A stretch of DNA of 64,000 bases from Camelus dromedarius. Its lineage: Eukaryota. Both the position numbers and the translations under genes were made by a program. This document shows positions 26,032 through 39,007 of the stretch, one piece after another (position 1 is the stretch's first letter; every line of letters starts with the position of its first letter). A model generated the notes under the pieces. That model was not told the DNA's origin and ran no database searches. It saw nothing but the letters and a program-made list of their open reading frames with translations. The stretch lies in assembly GCF_036321535.1 (NCBI RefSeq), contig NC_087436.1, forward strand, positions 30,072,001 through 30,136,000, given 5' to 3'.

Positions 26032-26175
26032 ATGCCTACCATGAAAATAATAAACTTTGCTAACATTTTATGTGCAGATTGGCTCTGGAGCCCTCAGTAA
26101 GTCTGCCTGTCAGTTAGGCATGTATCACATAGCACGATGAGGTTTACTAAGGAAAACAAGACAGAACACCCAAAA
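26032..26175. repeat. Copy B of a diverged local direct duplication
   Basis: Shares 'atgcctac', 'ctctggag', 'ctcagta.gtctgcc.gtcag', exact 'tgtatcacatagcac' and 'aggttt.ctaagg' with copy A. Confidence 0.85.
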
Positions 26176-26250
26176 CGTAAAAGAGGGTGCAGAACATCCT
26201 CCTATCCTTACATCTATGTTAAGAAGTAAATGTGCATTTTCCTGCTACAA

Positions 26251-26281
26251 ACACACACACACACACTCACACACACACACA
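26251..26281. repeat. Interrupted (CA)n microsatellite
   Basis: Directly visible. Confidence 0.85.
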
Positions 26282-29200
26282 GTAATGATATAGGTTATAC
26301 ATCCAAAGTCATGAAGCAAATAAACTCAGGACTCTGTAGACTCAGGACTCAAAGCCACGGTTTCACATCAACCTTCAGGACACCACCATGCCACTGCTCC
26401 CATCCCAGCATTGTAACAGCTCCTTGAGGAAATAGATTGTTTTCTCAGTAGTTCTTATATTGATTTTCTTTGAATAAATTACATATAAGATGGCATAAAT
26501 ATTTTAATTGCTCTGTGTACATTAGGATAATCTCAGACACAAATATTTATATTCAAATGCATTCTTAACACGGTCTGTTTCTTCTCTCACTGCATGTAGG
26601 AGGATGCTAGTGAGACATGCCAAGCTTGTTATGTAAAAAGAAAAAAAAGTGTTTCATACTATTTTGATGATCTATAGATATACTTCTGGATATATATCCA
26701 TAGCCAAGGCCTGTACACATAACTGCTTAAGGGGTTACGTTAGCCAGTCTGTCAAAAAATCAGTCCCATTTGTGTCCAGGTAGAGAAATCTAAGTTCACG
26801 GCCGTAGAATGCTTGATTAAACCCTCTTTATCCCACTCTCTAGCCTGCTCACTTATTTGAATTTGTCTTATTCCCCAACTCTTGGCCAAAAACAACTTTT
26901 TAAAAGTTCTTCAGTGACTTTCTAACACTAATAAGATTTAGTTTTGGACACCCTTCACATAGTTCCAATTTTTATTTCTTAACTTCAGACCTCAAATCTC
27001 AACAACAAGAAGTATGAGTAGTATTCTTCTTTCCTGTGTTATTTACACATTTTTCCCACAGGAAAAATGATTCTTTAGCCTATTTACGTTTATCTTTGTC
27101 CACTTTATCTATTAGCTGTAAGCTCTTTGAGGCTAGGGGATCTATCTTATTTTTCTTTACAACCTGAAACGTAATAGTACTGCAATAAATATTGCTGCAC
27201 TAATTAGCTCACCGAGAAAATAATGAAATGTCTTTAGAATTTGACATGATTGTTCACAGCTCCTCATCATTCTGCCCTTCATTTATCCTATACCACCTCA
27301 TTCTGCTCAATACCTAGAATATCTATCATTTCTTTCATGAACCCATTATCTTTTTTCATTCTATTGATCATATTCTCCTTAAAATGTCTGGTTTTCTTTT
27401 TCTCATTGTGTAGACTCTTCTCCTTAGCATTCTTATTCTTACTTCTTTACGTGGCCTGATTTATCTTTTTAAGCCGAGAAACCCCCTCTCTCTGTCTGTG
27501 TCTCTGTAGTAAGTCACTATTTTCCTACAACATTTCAAGAGTTAACACTGAAAACAATCCTAGCTTCTATTTCTTCTTATTCATGTGATGGGGAACTAAG
27601 TTATTCTAAGGCACACCTCAAGAGAAAAAAAATACCCAATAAGTACATACACATGCACCTGCACACATGCATATGTACACAATTTCTTTGAAAAGAGAAA
27701 ATAGTTTAGAAAATAGTGAAAGATAGAGAGAAAAAAAACCAAAAAAAGAAGTATAACAAATTGAGAAGAGATATTCTATATCCAGAAAGATATCTGAAAA
27801 CTTGGAACACAAAAGCCAGTATTACACAAGGCAGTTCTCTAAAACTGCACACTTGGATTTTATTTCCACGGTTTTATGAGGCAGAGATTAGAACACAGGT
27901 GAAGAATCTTAGAAGAGGTTTGTTTTGGTTTTTTTCTCACACTGACCCAAATCTCACTGATCTAAGTCCACCAAGTGAAGAACAAGTCCTAGAGCTTAAC
28001 CTACATTGTTCTGTGAGGGGTTGGGGAAATGCAGAGGACATCGTCTTGGGCCTGAATAGAGGGGGGAAAAAAGAAAAAAGAAAAAACAATGAAAAAGAAA
28101 ACAATAAAAATAATGAAACCCTGGAAGTTTCAGCCACAGAAGACAGATTGATCAAATTAGAAAAACAAAACAACAACAAAAACAACAAACAAACCTGAAA
28201 AGCTCTCTGGGGAATTTATCTGAGATAAAAATGTGGATAAAGTCAATTAACAAAATTTCTCCTATTCAAAACCTAGTGGTTACTTTATTTAAAAAAAAAA
28301 AGGAATTTACTAGAAATGTACTAATATAGCAGTAGACAAAAGTCATAGTGTTACAAAACTGTAGTAATACACCTGGTTCATTACCTCACAGTGTGGTTCT
28401 ATCTATAGCTCATGGATTCAGTATAGAAGAAAACATTATCAAGGAAAATTCTGGGAAATACTCTCTAATGCTATTGTTGGAGAGAAGTACATTGAGAGAG
28501 CTCAAGGGACTTTAGCTGGAGGAAAAGAAAATGGTTCAAACGCAGGTGATCTGTACTAACTCATGTCTGATGGAAGACAAGAAAACCCAGTGTTGTCAAG
28601 GTTTTGGTTTCCTGTCTAGAAAGAAATTTAGAGAGGAAAAGTGAAATTAAAACTCCAATAATTAACAAGGACTTAGAAGAATAGGCAGACTAAATGAAAA
28701 TATCACAAGGTTCTGAGGGAGAAAAGGAAAAACTAAGGGTAGGATAGACAAGAAGGGGTTTGAGGAAGATTCTACTGCTCTGTCTATAGTCAAAATATAT
28801 TTGTTCTTTGTGACTGGTTTTATGAATAATATAAAAAGCTGATCTTCCAGTTATAGTGCATGGTCTAAAATATATAATATATATGTAAAATATACATCCT
28901 ATATATAAACATTAAGGATATATACATTCTTAATAAATCCTAGTTTAATGACAATGAAACAAAAAATAATTCCCACAAATATAAAATATATCTGAGTTGA
29001 AAAGAAATAAGTGGAGAGACAGTGAAAAAATTACACTAATTCGTCCATCAGAAGCAAAATGCTCTATTCTGAATTGTAACAGTGGGGTCAAAAGTTATCC
29101 CCTGTTGCAATAGTAATGCATCTGGAAAGATGAAGCTATTTTCAACAAAATGGCATCAACATGAAGCTCATAACTACCATAATTATTTTTATATTTTGGG

Positions 29201-29504
29201 AAACATAACAAAAATTAAAATGTGATATCAGTTTTCACCAGGCATAGTGAAAATATAATTTATTTTCATCATATTAATTTAATCAGAATGTTCTTATATG
29301 ATCAATGTATTTATATATAATATAATTTAATTAAAATATACATTAATAAAATATAATATAATTTAACTTAAAATATTGTTTGTGTAGGATGCTCTCATGT
29401 TATTTTGGTAGGAAAATTAGTTTGATATCATTTTTCTGGTGGACATTTTCACAATACTTATGTTTTGGACTTTTAATATACATATTTATTAATCTCATCC
29501 ACAT

Positions 29505-30070
29505 CAATCTAATATATGCAGGAGATGTTCTGGATCAGAGATGGATTTATTATTAATTACTTCACAGTAAAGAACTGTGTTGTACCCCATGCCCCAACAC
29601 TTACTCCTGGCTGACACGTAAAAAACTATGCCACATATCCTATGAGAATCGTCTAGTATTGCATAGATGAGGATTAAGAGAAACAATTTGGCTTATGAAA
29701 GAAAGAAGGGGCGTCTCCTTGAAAACATGAAAGATCGGAGTCATTTATTGGTGTGTAAATGAAAAATGTGCAGGAGCCAGATAGTCTAGGTCTCCTCTTT
29801 GAGATATAAGGACATCTGCAAGTTCTGGGACTTTGTCCATTTTACAAGTAAAGACCTAGAGAGCTGGCTCCCTAGGCATCCTAACCCCCAGAGCTTAATT
29901 TTGGGACCTAGTCTGAGCTGTAAGCATTTGTCTTTTCTTGGGGAGGTAAAGGATTTAATTATCCTTCATATCATCAAAGTAATTCGGTAGACAAATGGCT
30001 GCAGATACAATTCTCGGGTTACATGAAGAGTCTCAGGAGTCTAGGACTTTGCAGAAGCACTGAGAGATCT
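29505..30070 (-). mobile_element. Ancient ERVL-class solo LTR related to 18190-18790
   Basis: 'ggatcagagatggatttattattaattacttcacagtaa' and 'cttactcctggctgacac' are reverse counterparts of motifs at 18.67-18.76 kb. Confidence 0.5.
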
Positions 30071-30859
30071 AGGGAAGTTTTATTTCTCTATGCTATAGAA
30101 TTAAAAATTCACTAATCTTTCAATCAAAAACTGTTGGGAGATCACATTATTGATATAGTTACAAGTATACTTCAAAATATATCCATAAATATAACATCAT
30201 GCACTTGGTCCTAATAGCAAAACTAGAATCATAGTTTTCAAAATATAGAGGAATGAAATGCATTCTTCTATATTCGGCAGCTGTATTGCTAAGTACCAGT
30301 CTTTAAGGATGACACTAACTTTATTAGCCTCTAAGACAACTTAGCAGATCTTCAGGTCTCTTAAACACCCACTCTTTGTCATCTAATAAGAATCATTCAT
30401 CTTCTGAAATCCCATAAACTTTATCTCCTTCTTGTTGTTATTTTTAAAGCATGCTCATCATTTGTGAATTGATTTATCCTCACTCCTAATTTCTGATATT
30501 GAGATGCTTCCTGACTTTTTATCATAAGTGCACATTCTTCATATGCATACATTCAGTCTTGAATTTTAAAATATAACTAATGAGAGAACTGAACTGCTTC
30601 ATCATCCCATCTCTTTAATCTTGCTCAATAACATTTTTCACCCTTTCTAACAGCACTCCTACTTTATTCAATATCTTCAAAACTCAAATTAGTAAGAGAA
30701 AACTTTGATGTTAGCTTTCTTTTGACAGAAGATCACTAGCTTGATCTTGTCTGAATACTTTCTACTGCAAGCTGAAGCATCATTTCATTTGCATTTTATT
30801 GTTCTGTGACCTAAACAAGTTGAACTTCAAGGATAACAGCCTGAGGGTGGCAATGATCC

Positions 30860-32295
30860 TTTTTTTCAATCTCAGCTTTTAGTTGGTTATTTTATTAACA
30901 ATATTTTTTAGTCCAGGAATATCCATTTGGGTCTTTTTTGTTGTCTCTATTTCTCTCCTGAGATGTCAGAGTCCTTTGTGAGATTTGCATTCACTGAAAC
31001 CAGGTTCAACTGAAAATAGTTACAAAAGATGCTGTAAGATGTTTGTCTGCTAGCGTCAACATCTTGTTTATTTCAGCTGAGATACCTCAATTAGCATTTT
31101 TGGACACTTAGCTTCTGGACTCAATTAGCATTCTTTGCTCTTTAGAATGTCCCATTTTTTTGTTTCTTAATATTTCAGTTAATTTCAATTGTGTCCCTGA
31201 TGTTAAAAAGGTTAAGATGTGCGGATTCTACATGCTGGTTTTTTTTTTGTTTTTTTTTTTTTTGTCAGCGTTGTTTTCTTAATTTTGGCAAGACATATTT
31301 GGCTAGGCTTAAATCGTGGACTATTTCTTAAGCAGCGTCTCTCTTCTCAGTTCAGATCCAGATTTTTTAACCAGGCTGGTTTGAATCTGTTTCATCTATG
31401 GTTCAAGGTTCAGTCTGCTGTTGAATTTAAAAAAAAAAAAAAAGGAAAAGCACAATCTGAGACCTGTGAGTTTCTGTTTTATTTAAGGATCTACTGAGGA
31501 CCATAGCCTGGGACACATCCTCTCAGAAAGCTCTGAGGAATTGCTCAGAAGAAATAAGGGGAGAAGTCAGTATATATGTGATTCTGGCAAAGGGTACCTG
31601 CAATCAATCACACATCTCAGTAAAAGGTTGCTGCCAGTCATGAGATGACTCCAGTCATAATTTTAGTGCTTTTCTACACATGAGAAGATGCAAGAAACTG
31701 GGTTCATAACATTTTCTCCTGAAAGTATCTAACTCTCTGCAGGCTTGTTCTGCCAGTTTTTCCCAGAGCACAGAGTGCCTCCTTCCCCATCTCCACCCTG
31801 AACTTCTCTCAGGGTGTGTTAAAGGCCAGCAGCTGCAGTGGCTGGTGATTTTGTCCTTGTAGGACCGGCTGGCGAGTGACACTTGGGACAGTTTTTTAGT
31901 TGTCAGGTCAAAATGTGGAGGGGCCTGGTTTGGAAAACCCCACTAGGTCTTTCCTTTCTGAAATTCTTCTGATCTTTTTAATGTTCATAGTTACACAGCT
32001 TCTCTTTCTGGTTTTCTAGGCGAGAAAACCTGATCTTCCCAGTGTGCACCCCGCAGGCACTATATTCACCATGTGACTGCTTCTGGTTGCAGATTAAGAC
32101 CCACAGAGACATGCAGGGGCTTGTTCACTTCCCCATGTCTCCTCAAAGCACATGTGTACCCTCCATCAAGTCTTTTTGCTTCTGTGCCCCTCTCCAGGAC
32201 TTCTGCATTATCTGCATGCTTTTTGGTTTGTTCATTTGTTTTACAGTAAATGATATACCAGTTGGATTTTAGTCCACCATATCAGGAATTAGAAT
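30860..32295 (-). mobile_element. Old L1ME/HAL1-type 5' region, split by an LTR
   Basis: 'tccaggaatatccatttgggtctttttt...tctctatttctctcctgaga'. Ends 'gtccaccatatcaggaattagaa', like old L1 5' termini. Confidence 0.55.
31419..31881 (-). mobile_element. ERV1 solo LTR, MER41-family-like
   Basis: TGTTG...TGACA termini. 'tactgaggaccatagcctgggacacatcctctcagaaagctctgaggaattgctc' and 'tccaccctgaacttctctcagggtgtgtt' recall laurasiatherian MER41-type LTRs. Confidence 0.75.
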
Positions 32296-32499
32296 CAAAA
32301 CCTGTTATTGAGAAACCCAACATATTAATCTTTTTTTTTATGGGCAAAATATACTTTGAAATAGTTTCTAAGGTTTTTTAAAATTTCTGAATTATTGTGT
32401 TGGACTTAAGATTGTAAGTGATGATTGCTTGCAGCTAAGCATGCTTATTACAGCAAAATTTTTAATTTGATTGAGACAATATTTTCTGCCCTGAAATAC

Positions 32500-32730
32500 A
32501 ACATAGTATGTGGTTAAATATGTATACAACTCTGAGGAAGCACAAATCTAAGTCCAAAATTAGAATAAGCCCATTTTTATTGGATATATAAATTTTATAT
32601 ATTAATTTTCTTCATCTATAAAATGAAAATAAAATTTTCTAATAGATTCCTATTAAATGAGACAGCATATGTAAATTATACAGTGAAATTTCAGAAATAG
32701 AAACAATAGTTAAAAATAAACATTATTATT
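32500..32730 (+). mobile_element. MIR SINE relic
   Basis: Core-like 'ttttcttcatctataaaatgaaaata' and 'attaaatgagacagcatatgtaaa'. Confidence 0.55.
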
Positions 32731-33429
32731 CTTTATCCCAGCAACTTTCATTTACTTCCAGGGAGCATAGTATTTTAAAATATATATATGGGCTTAGTAA
32801 ATTACTACCAACTTTAGAGGTGTTGAAAAGTACCCTGGAGCTACTATACATACCACAAAATTCATCAAAGTAAAACTTGCTGAGTTTAAGCCAGTCCATA
32901 TGTGAGAAATTAAGGGAATACTAACTTTCACATGCCCATTGTATATTTTGTATATATAGTATGCACACAGTGCCAAGAATCAAAATTCAATCACTGTGAA
33001 ATAGTATGTAGACAGACAGGGTCAATTGAGCCAAAAGGGATTATTTAAGTTTATTTTCTAACCTCTGATATATTAGACTTAATGGTCATTTTTTTGGAGA
33101 GAGGTAGGCTGCTGAGAAAGAGAATTAGTGGAAAGCGGCTTGAGGAATTTACATAATTTGGGAGTTTATGTATTTTCATAAGCATTGTTTTCATTGCCTT
33201 CTCTCTGACCCCAATATTGAAAAGTTTCCACTTGACAGTTGTCTCTTGGAAAAGGAGAGACTCTCTGTTTTCCTCTAATAGCATTATATTCTTGAGAACA
33301 AACAAAAAGTAAGCATACAATTTTCAATTTGACTACTAAGATACAAAATGCATTCTAAGTATTACAGATTTTATGATTTCTTTAAACAGTGAAAATGAGG
33401 AGAGAATTGTATACAAGGATCACTGCTAA

Positions 33430-33612
33430 AAACTCTAATAGCTCTGAACAAACTCAGGGCCAATGAAGGATCACAACCTGGGTACAGGGAAAAAAGACAA
33501 TTTCTCTTGTCAGAAATCTCTTAAGATATTAAGGGGCTTTTCTGATGATAAAATTAAGTATTTTGGCTGGATGAGTTCAAGGGCTCCTTTTAATCTACAA
33601 TGTCTGATATTT
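33430..33612 (+). mobile_element. L3/CR1 (or MIR3) 3' end relic
   Basis: 'ggctggatgagttcaagggctccttttaatctacaatgtctgat' resembles the CR1/MIR3 tail. Confidence 0.4.
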
Positions 33613-36344
33613 TTTCTGAACCTAAATGTAAGCCATCAATGCCATGAGCGCCAGTCACAATGCCCCACATATAGTTGGTACTCAGTCAAAATTTATTAAA
33701 AGAACCTTAAGCAAATATATACATATGTGCATTTTATGTATCAGATTAAAAGTATCAGTGTGAGAAAAATCAGGTGAATATCTTATTCAAAAATAATACC
33801 ATTAAAATAAAGGAAAGTCAAATTTAACCAGAAAGTGCTGTAATGAATTTAGTGAGTGAAAAACCAGAAAATGTAAAAATAGGGATTTGCAAAACAATTT
33901 AAAGCTTCCTCTAACTCAATGATCTCAATAGTATGTCATTCTTAATAGATGTTTCCACAAGTCATGATTACTTGGTGCACCCTGAACTCCTCATAATCCC
34001 CGATTTCCAGAAAATGCAAGAAAGCTTTCAATTTTGATACTCTTGCCATGCAGAACACTGATTCCAGTATACCACTGGCTCAGAGTGGGCAAGATTGAGA
34101 TCAGGGGTGAGATTGGATAAAAGTAATTGCAGTTCGAGTTAAAAGGTTTTGTGGTATTCTGGAATTCATGAGTCAACAAGTCTCTCTTCCCACCCCACCA
34201 TTAAACTAGGCACATCTTTCTGTGTTGAGATACTCCATTATTAGAGAAAAATATAAATATATATTCCAATCCAGAAACTTTAAGCAATATGATAGGTGAA
34301 GCATTAGTGACAGCTTTTGCTTCTGAGTAAATGGTTCACTCGATATCATTTGCTTACACAGTTTTCACATGAATGATTTTGCCAAATGAATAGTTTTTGC
34401 ATTAATATACTGGGTTCACATTTGCAACCTGCTCTTTAACACAATGCATTAACAGCAGGGCTCGAAAATGAATAGAGCTTGAGTCGGCAGTATCACCTCC
34501 CTGTTTTCTTCTAATTCCTTTTCTAAGAGCAGAGATGAAATATGGTCAGCAATTAAAAATAATTTTGTGGAGAAGAAAGTGTAGAGTTTCAAATAATAGA
34601 AGATATGATGGTTGTAAAGTTTGGGGAAAAGTGGAATAATTAAATTTTTGCATCTATGATTTGATATCAGTGGGCATTTCTGTATAATTGAGAATAAAAG
34701 AAAAGTAAATGTTCTGATGTAATGAGAAAACCATCTGAGAAAAGCATGTGCAAACAAGAATATATAGTTGTTAGGGTTTGCTTAGTTAAGTTTCAGAGAA
34801 TGCTGTTTGGGGACTGCTTGTTTGTTTTTATTACAATTGAGGAACACTGAGAGAGGACAGCTATTCAGAGAGAGAAAAAACATAATTGGTCAACTAATAC
34901 GAAGGAGCTAGTATATGACAAAGAAATCTAAACCTAAACTCAGAAGACAGCAGATTTTTTTTTAGAAAGTATAATACCCATCAATAGAGGACAATTATTA
35001 TTACTGTTGAAAAGCGATGACAACTTCTTCCTCTACCCCACACCATTTTTTTCCTATTCTTGTACCTACATTTTTATGTATAGGACTGTTTTTCTGTATC
35101 AGGGAAATTGTACCTTTACCTCTTTATCACAGCATCGCTCAGTCACATCTATTTAAACCAACTGCTTAGTTTTCCAAAAGATTCATTTGTCACAACAATA
35201 AAGGCATTCGATAACCTATGGACCAATTCACATAATTTGTTTACCAAAACTGTGGTTGGTATAGAGAGAAAGAAACTTAAGAAGCTTCTTTTGAATATAT
35301 TGTAGATTTAAAAGACAGAAAGGCTGAAAATTCAGAGGAAGCAGAGAAAACAAACAGTAAGATAAATAGTTTCTCATTTATCAACCCCTACATGCTAGCT
35401 TCTCTTTCCTAGAAGGATAATTTTCTGTGCTTAATTTCTAAGTAATGTGTTTGTCAGAACCATTTAAATCTGTCTATAGTTTGCAGCAATGATGAAGATG
35501 GAAATCAGTAATAATAATAAAAAAAACCTTGTTAAACATTTTGTAAAAGTCTATGAGGATGAAAACAACCATGACAAAAAGGAAATACCCAATACCGCCA
35601 AAGTGTTGACCTCACAGAAGACATTTTTATATCCCTTCCCTCCCCATTCATCAATCTCCTTCGTATTACCATGTAATGGGCAAAGGAAGCAATAGAATTT
35701 ATTGCTTCTTGTGTTGAAAATTCACTTTTGTACCTCCTGGAGAAACTAATGTAGACATTTGCACACAAAAGATTCTCAATAAATATCATACAATTCAACA
35801 GAATTAAAGTGTGTTTACTTTGTAGGATATATGCATCCTGCTTTTATTTAAGCATTTATTTTTCAAAAACATTAAAATATGTTAAAGTGAAGATACTTTA
35901 AAACCTGATCATATTAATGAAATAAGCAGTACAGATTGTCAAATAATTGAGCCAGCATGCAGATGATTTTGTGTTTGATGTTGAAAGGAAGTGATACTGT
36001 ATGGAAACTCTTAACAATTATAAATGCCAAAGACAAATGTAATATAATTGAATGTTCTATAAATCCTCTAAGACTACACCCAAATTATTGTCATTCTTTA
36101 ATATAATTTTGATTATGTTACTGTTAAATCATTATATATGAACTGACTTATGTTTCTCTAATTGATTCATATAATTACTGAGTTAATGCAAATTTAACAG
36201 AATTGTACTGGATAAAATCATACCTATAAAATTACAGTTGTTTAATAACTCACCCATTTAGTGGCTATATCTCAAAACATTGCTAAACAGAAAGGTAAAT
36301 TTTCTGTACAAAATCAACATTGATTTATCACAAACATTTGATAT

Positions 36345-37190
36345 ACTTGATCATTAATTTTTCCCTCATGCATTGCCCTGGCTTCTGGAAGACCTCACTT
36401 CTATCCCATTAATTTCATTGTTAGTCCCTTTTCATTACTCTCATATCAGAATGATGGACTATCTGAGATCTCAGAATTTGGTCCTGTTTTTCTCTATCTT
36501 CACAGGTTCCCTGGGTGATCTCTTCCTGGCTATGTGATTTATAGTTCTGGTTTACCCAAATTTACATGTTCATACTTCTTTCATGTCAAGACTGGTTTAT
36601 CCAATCACCTACTAAGATTGGGTATGTTTATGAGGATCTCAAACTCAACATGTTCATCAATGAAATTCTAATATTCCCCCCCAAGATCTCCTTTACCTTG
36701 AGTCTCCCCTTATCTCAGTTGTTGGCAACATCATCCTTCTGGCTGCTCAAGCAAAAAAAAAAAAAAAAAATCAGAGACACCTGTGATCTTTCTTGTTCTC
36801 TCACACAGATAACACATATCCAGTTCACCTGGAAATCTGCAAGCTTCACTTGAAAACACTTCCAGGCTTCTATGACCTTCCCATCACTCAGCCCTCATCA
36901 CCCTCATCTTTAACCTATATAATTATAGACACCTCCAGCTAACCTTGTTTTCACACTTGCTACTTAAGGTTTCTTCTCAACACAGTAAGGTATTATTTAA
37001 CATGAACTGGGTTGTGTCTCTCATCTCAAAACTCCCCCATAGATCACCAATTCAAAGCCTAGGAGGCGCTAAGTTATCTTCCCTCTCTTCACATAACTAC
37101 CAACAAAAACTGCCCCTCAACTCCATTACCACTTGCCACTCTCCCCCTCGCAGGTTTCCTCCCTGCTTCTTATATAGTTATTGAATGAAT
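36345..37190 (+). mobile_element. L2 LINE relic
   Basis: 'atctcaaactcaacatgttc', 'ctcagttgttggcaacatcatcctt', pyrimidine-rich, ends 'ttgaatgaat'. Confidence 0.7.
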
Positions 37191-39007
37191 CAATAAGATC
37201 ATCTCCCATGAGTGATTCAGATAAATAAATTATATCAACGAACAAATATTATGTTATTTTTTATATACTCACTTTGTGTTTAGATGTGGCCATTATCCTC
37301 ACTAAAGAATTTTATAAAAGGCTCAGGGGATGTTCTTTAGTATGTAAATGATGAAGAAAAAATAAAAACAGCTTTACTTCCTCATAATAATTTATTTAAA
37401 CATATTATTAAAAAATACATGGGATATTACAAATAAATTCCATGATTAGATTGCATAGCTATGCAATTTAAAAACATAAAGGACAATTAGTTTTCTAAAC
37501 TATATTTGAGAGGTTTCATTAAACATAAATTAGATAATCTTAATTTTCAAAGAAAGGTGCAATATTCTGAATTTCCTTAAGAATGCAGTCAAGTAATTTA
37601 AGCCACATATTAATGATGCATCTTCAGCATCAGTTGTCAGGAAATTATTCTTCCAAGTTGAGAGTAGAAAACATATGCTGCTTCTTATCACAGCAAGGCT
37701 ATAACTTCACTGCAGGGGTACAATGTTATAACCTATTAGAACTCACAGTCACATTTCATGTGAATGCACAGTAAAGACCATGCTATGCTGTACAGTGAAA
37801 TAAAAGAAAGTGTTTCCTGAAGGCAGTCCAGCATGCTGAAACTCACCTATTATTTCCATATTAAACAGTACTGATGAGTTTGAAGAGATGAAATGCAAAA
37901 TATACTCAAGGAGGGAAAAAGTAAAAGGCCACTAATTAGACAAGAGTATGAACTACACAAAAAGAAATTATATTTTGGCAAAGTCTGTCTTAAGTCAATG
38001 TAAAGCTCTTTCACAAGTTGAATATCATTATATTTTTTAAGAAATTTCAAATGCATGAAATAACATAGAAATAAAAGAAAACAGACAATTAAATTTTTTG
38101 GAATGTTTCTATTTGAAATTTAGAAAAAAAGGATAACTTTTAAATTGATTCATAGCTTTGAGATATTTTTGAAATGTTAGATTTTGATTCATACTGGGAA
38201 TTTTACAAAGCAGTTATTCTTAATTCTAAATTTAAATCTATTAAAGGATATTCTATGTTTGTCAACGTTACACTATTTGGATTATGAAATCTGTAGGGCT
38301 AGTTTTTTTTTCTTTTCATTCTTAAAAATTGCTATTGTAAATTTCACATGGCTATTAATATCTTATATATATCATCATATAACCAATGGTACTGTGAAAA
38401 GGAGCTCTGGTAAGGACTGTTATATGGTACTGAAAATATGTTTTCTTACCCAATTTAGAAGGTCAAATTTAGAAACCAAACAATAAAGCTGGGAGAAAAT
38501 AGCATTAAAACTACAAAGAATATATAATGCAATATTTAATTTAATTACTAGACAAAGAAACAGGTCTCAACAAATTAAAGCTTTTTTAAATATAGAATTT
38601 TTTATTCCCAAGAGTCAATTCCAGCCGTCTAATACAGGGGCCTCAGAAGCTTGTAGCTACATAGGAAAATAAAATTTGTTAAGCTGTTTCTCATATTTTT
38701 TTCCAATGGAACTACATTTCTACTTTTTATTGTTAAGACATTTAAACAATAATAACCTTTGAATATGACAAAATAAAAATGAAATGATTTTTACTTACAC
38801 AGAATAATATGTTCTCAACAGAGCTAAATTATTAAGGAATTTCAGTGTTTTAATTCTTCTAGAGGTGTAGGGAGAGGAGAAAAATATAATTAGCAATAAG
38901 ATAGCACAGGGTCTTATCCATATGTAATTCCTGTTTCCAAAAGGCTATCAAAGTTACTGTAAAAAACAAAAAGTCTTACCAATATTTACAGTGAAATGCC
39001 TAGAATA

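Noticed and set aside
27716..28198. Longest ORF (160 aa)
   Set aside because: Non-ATG start; both ends are K/N/E-rich translations of A-rich low-complexity DNA; no recognisable domain.
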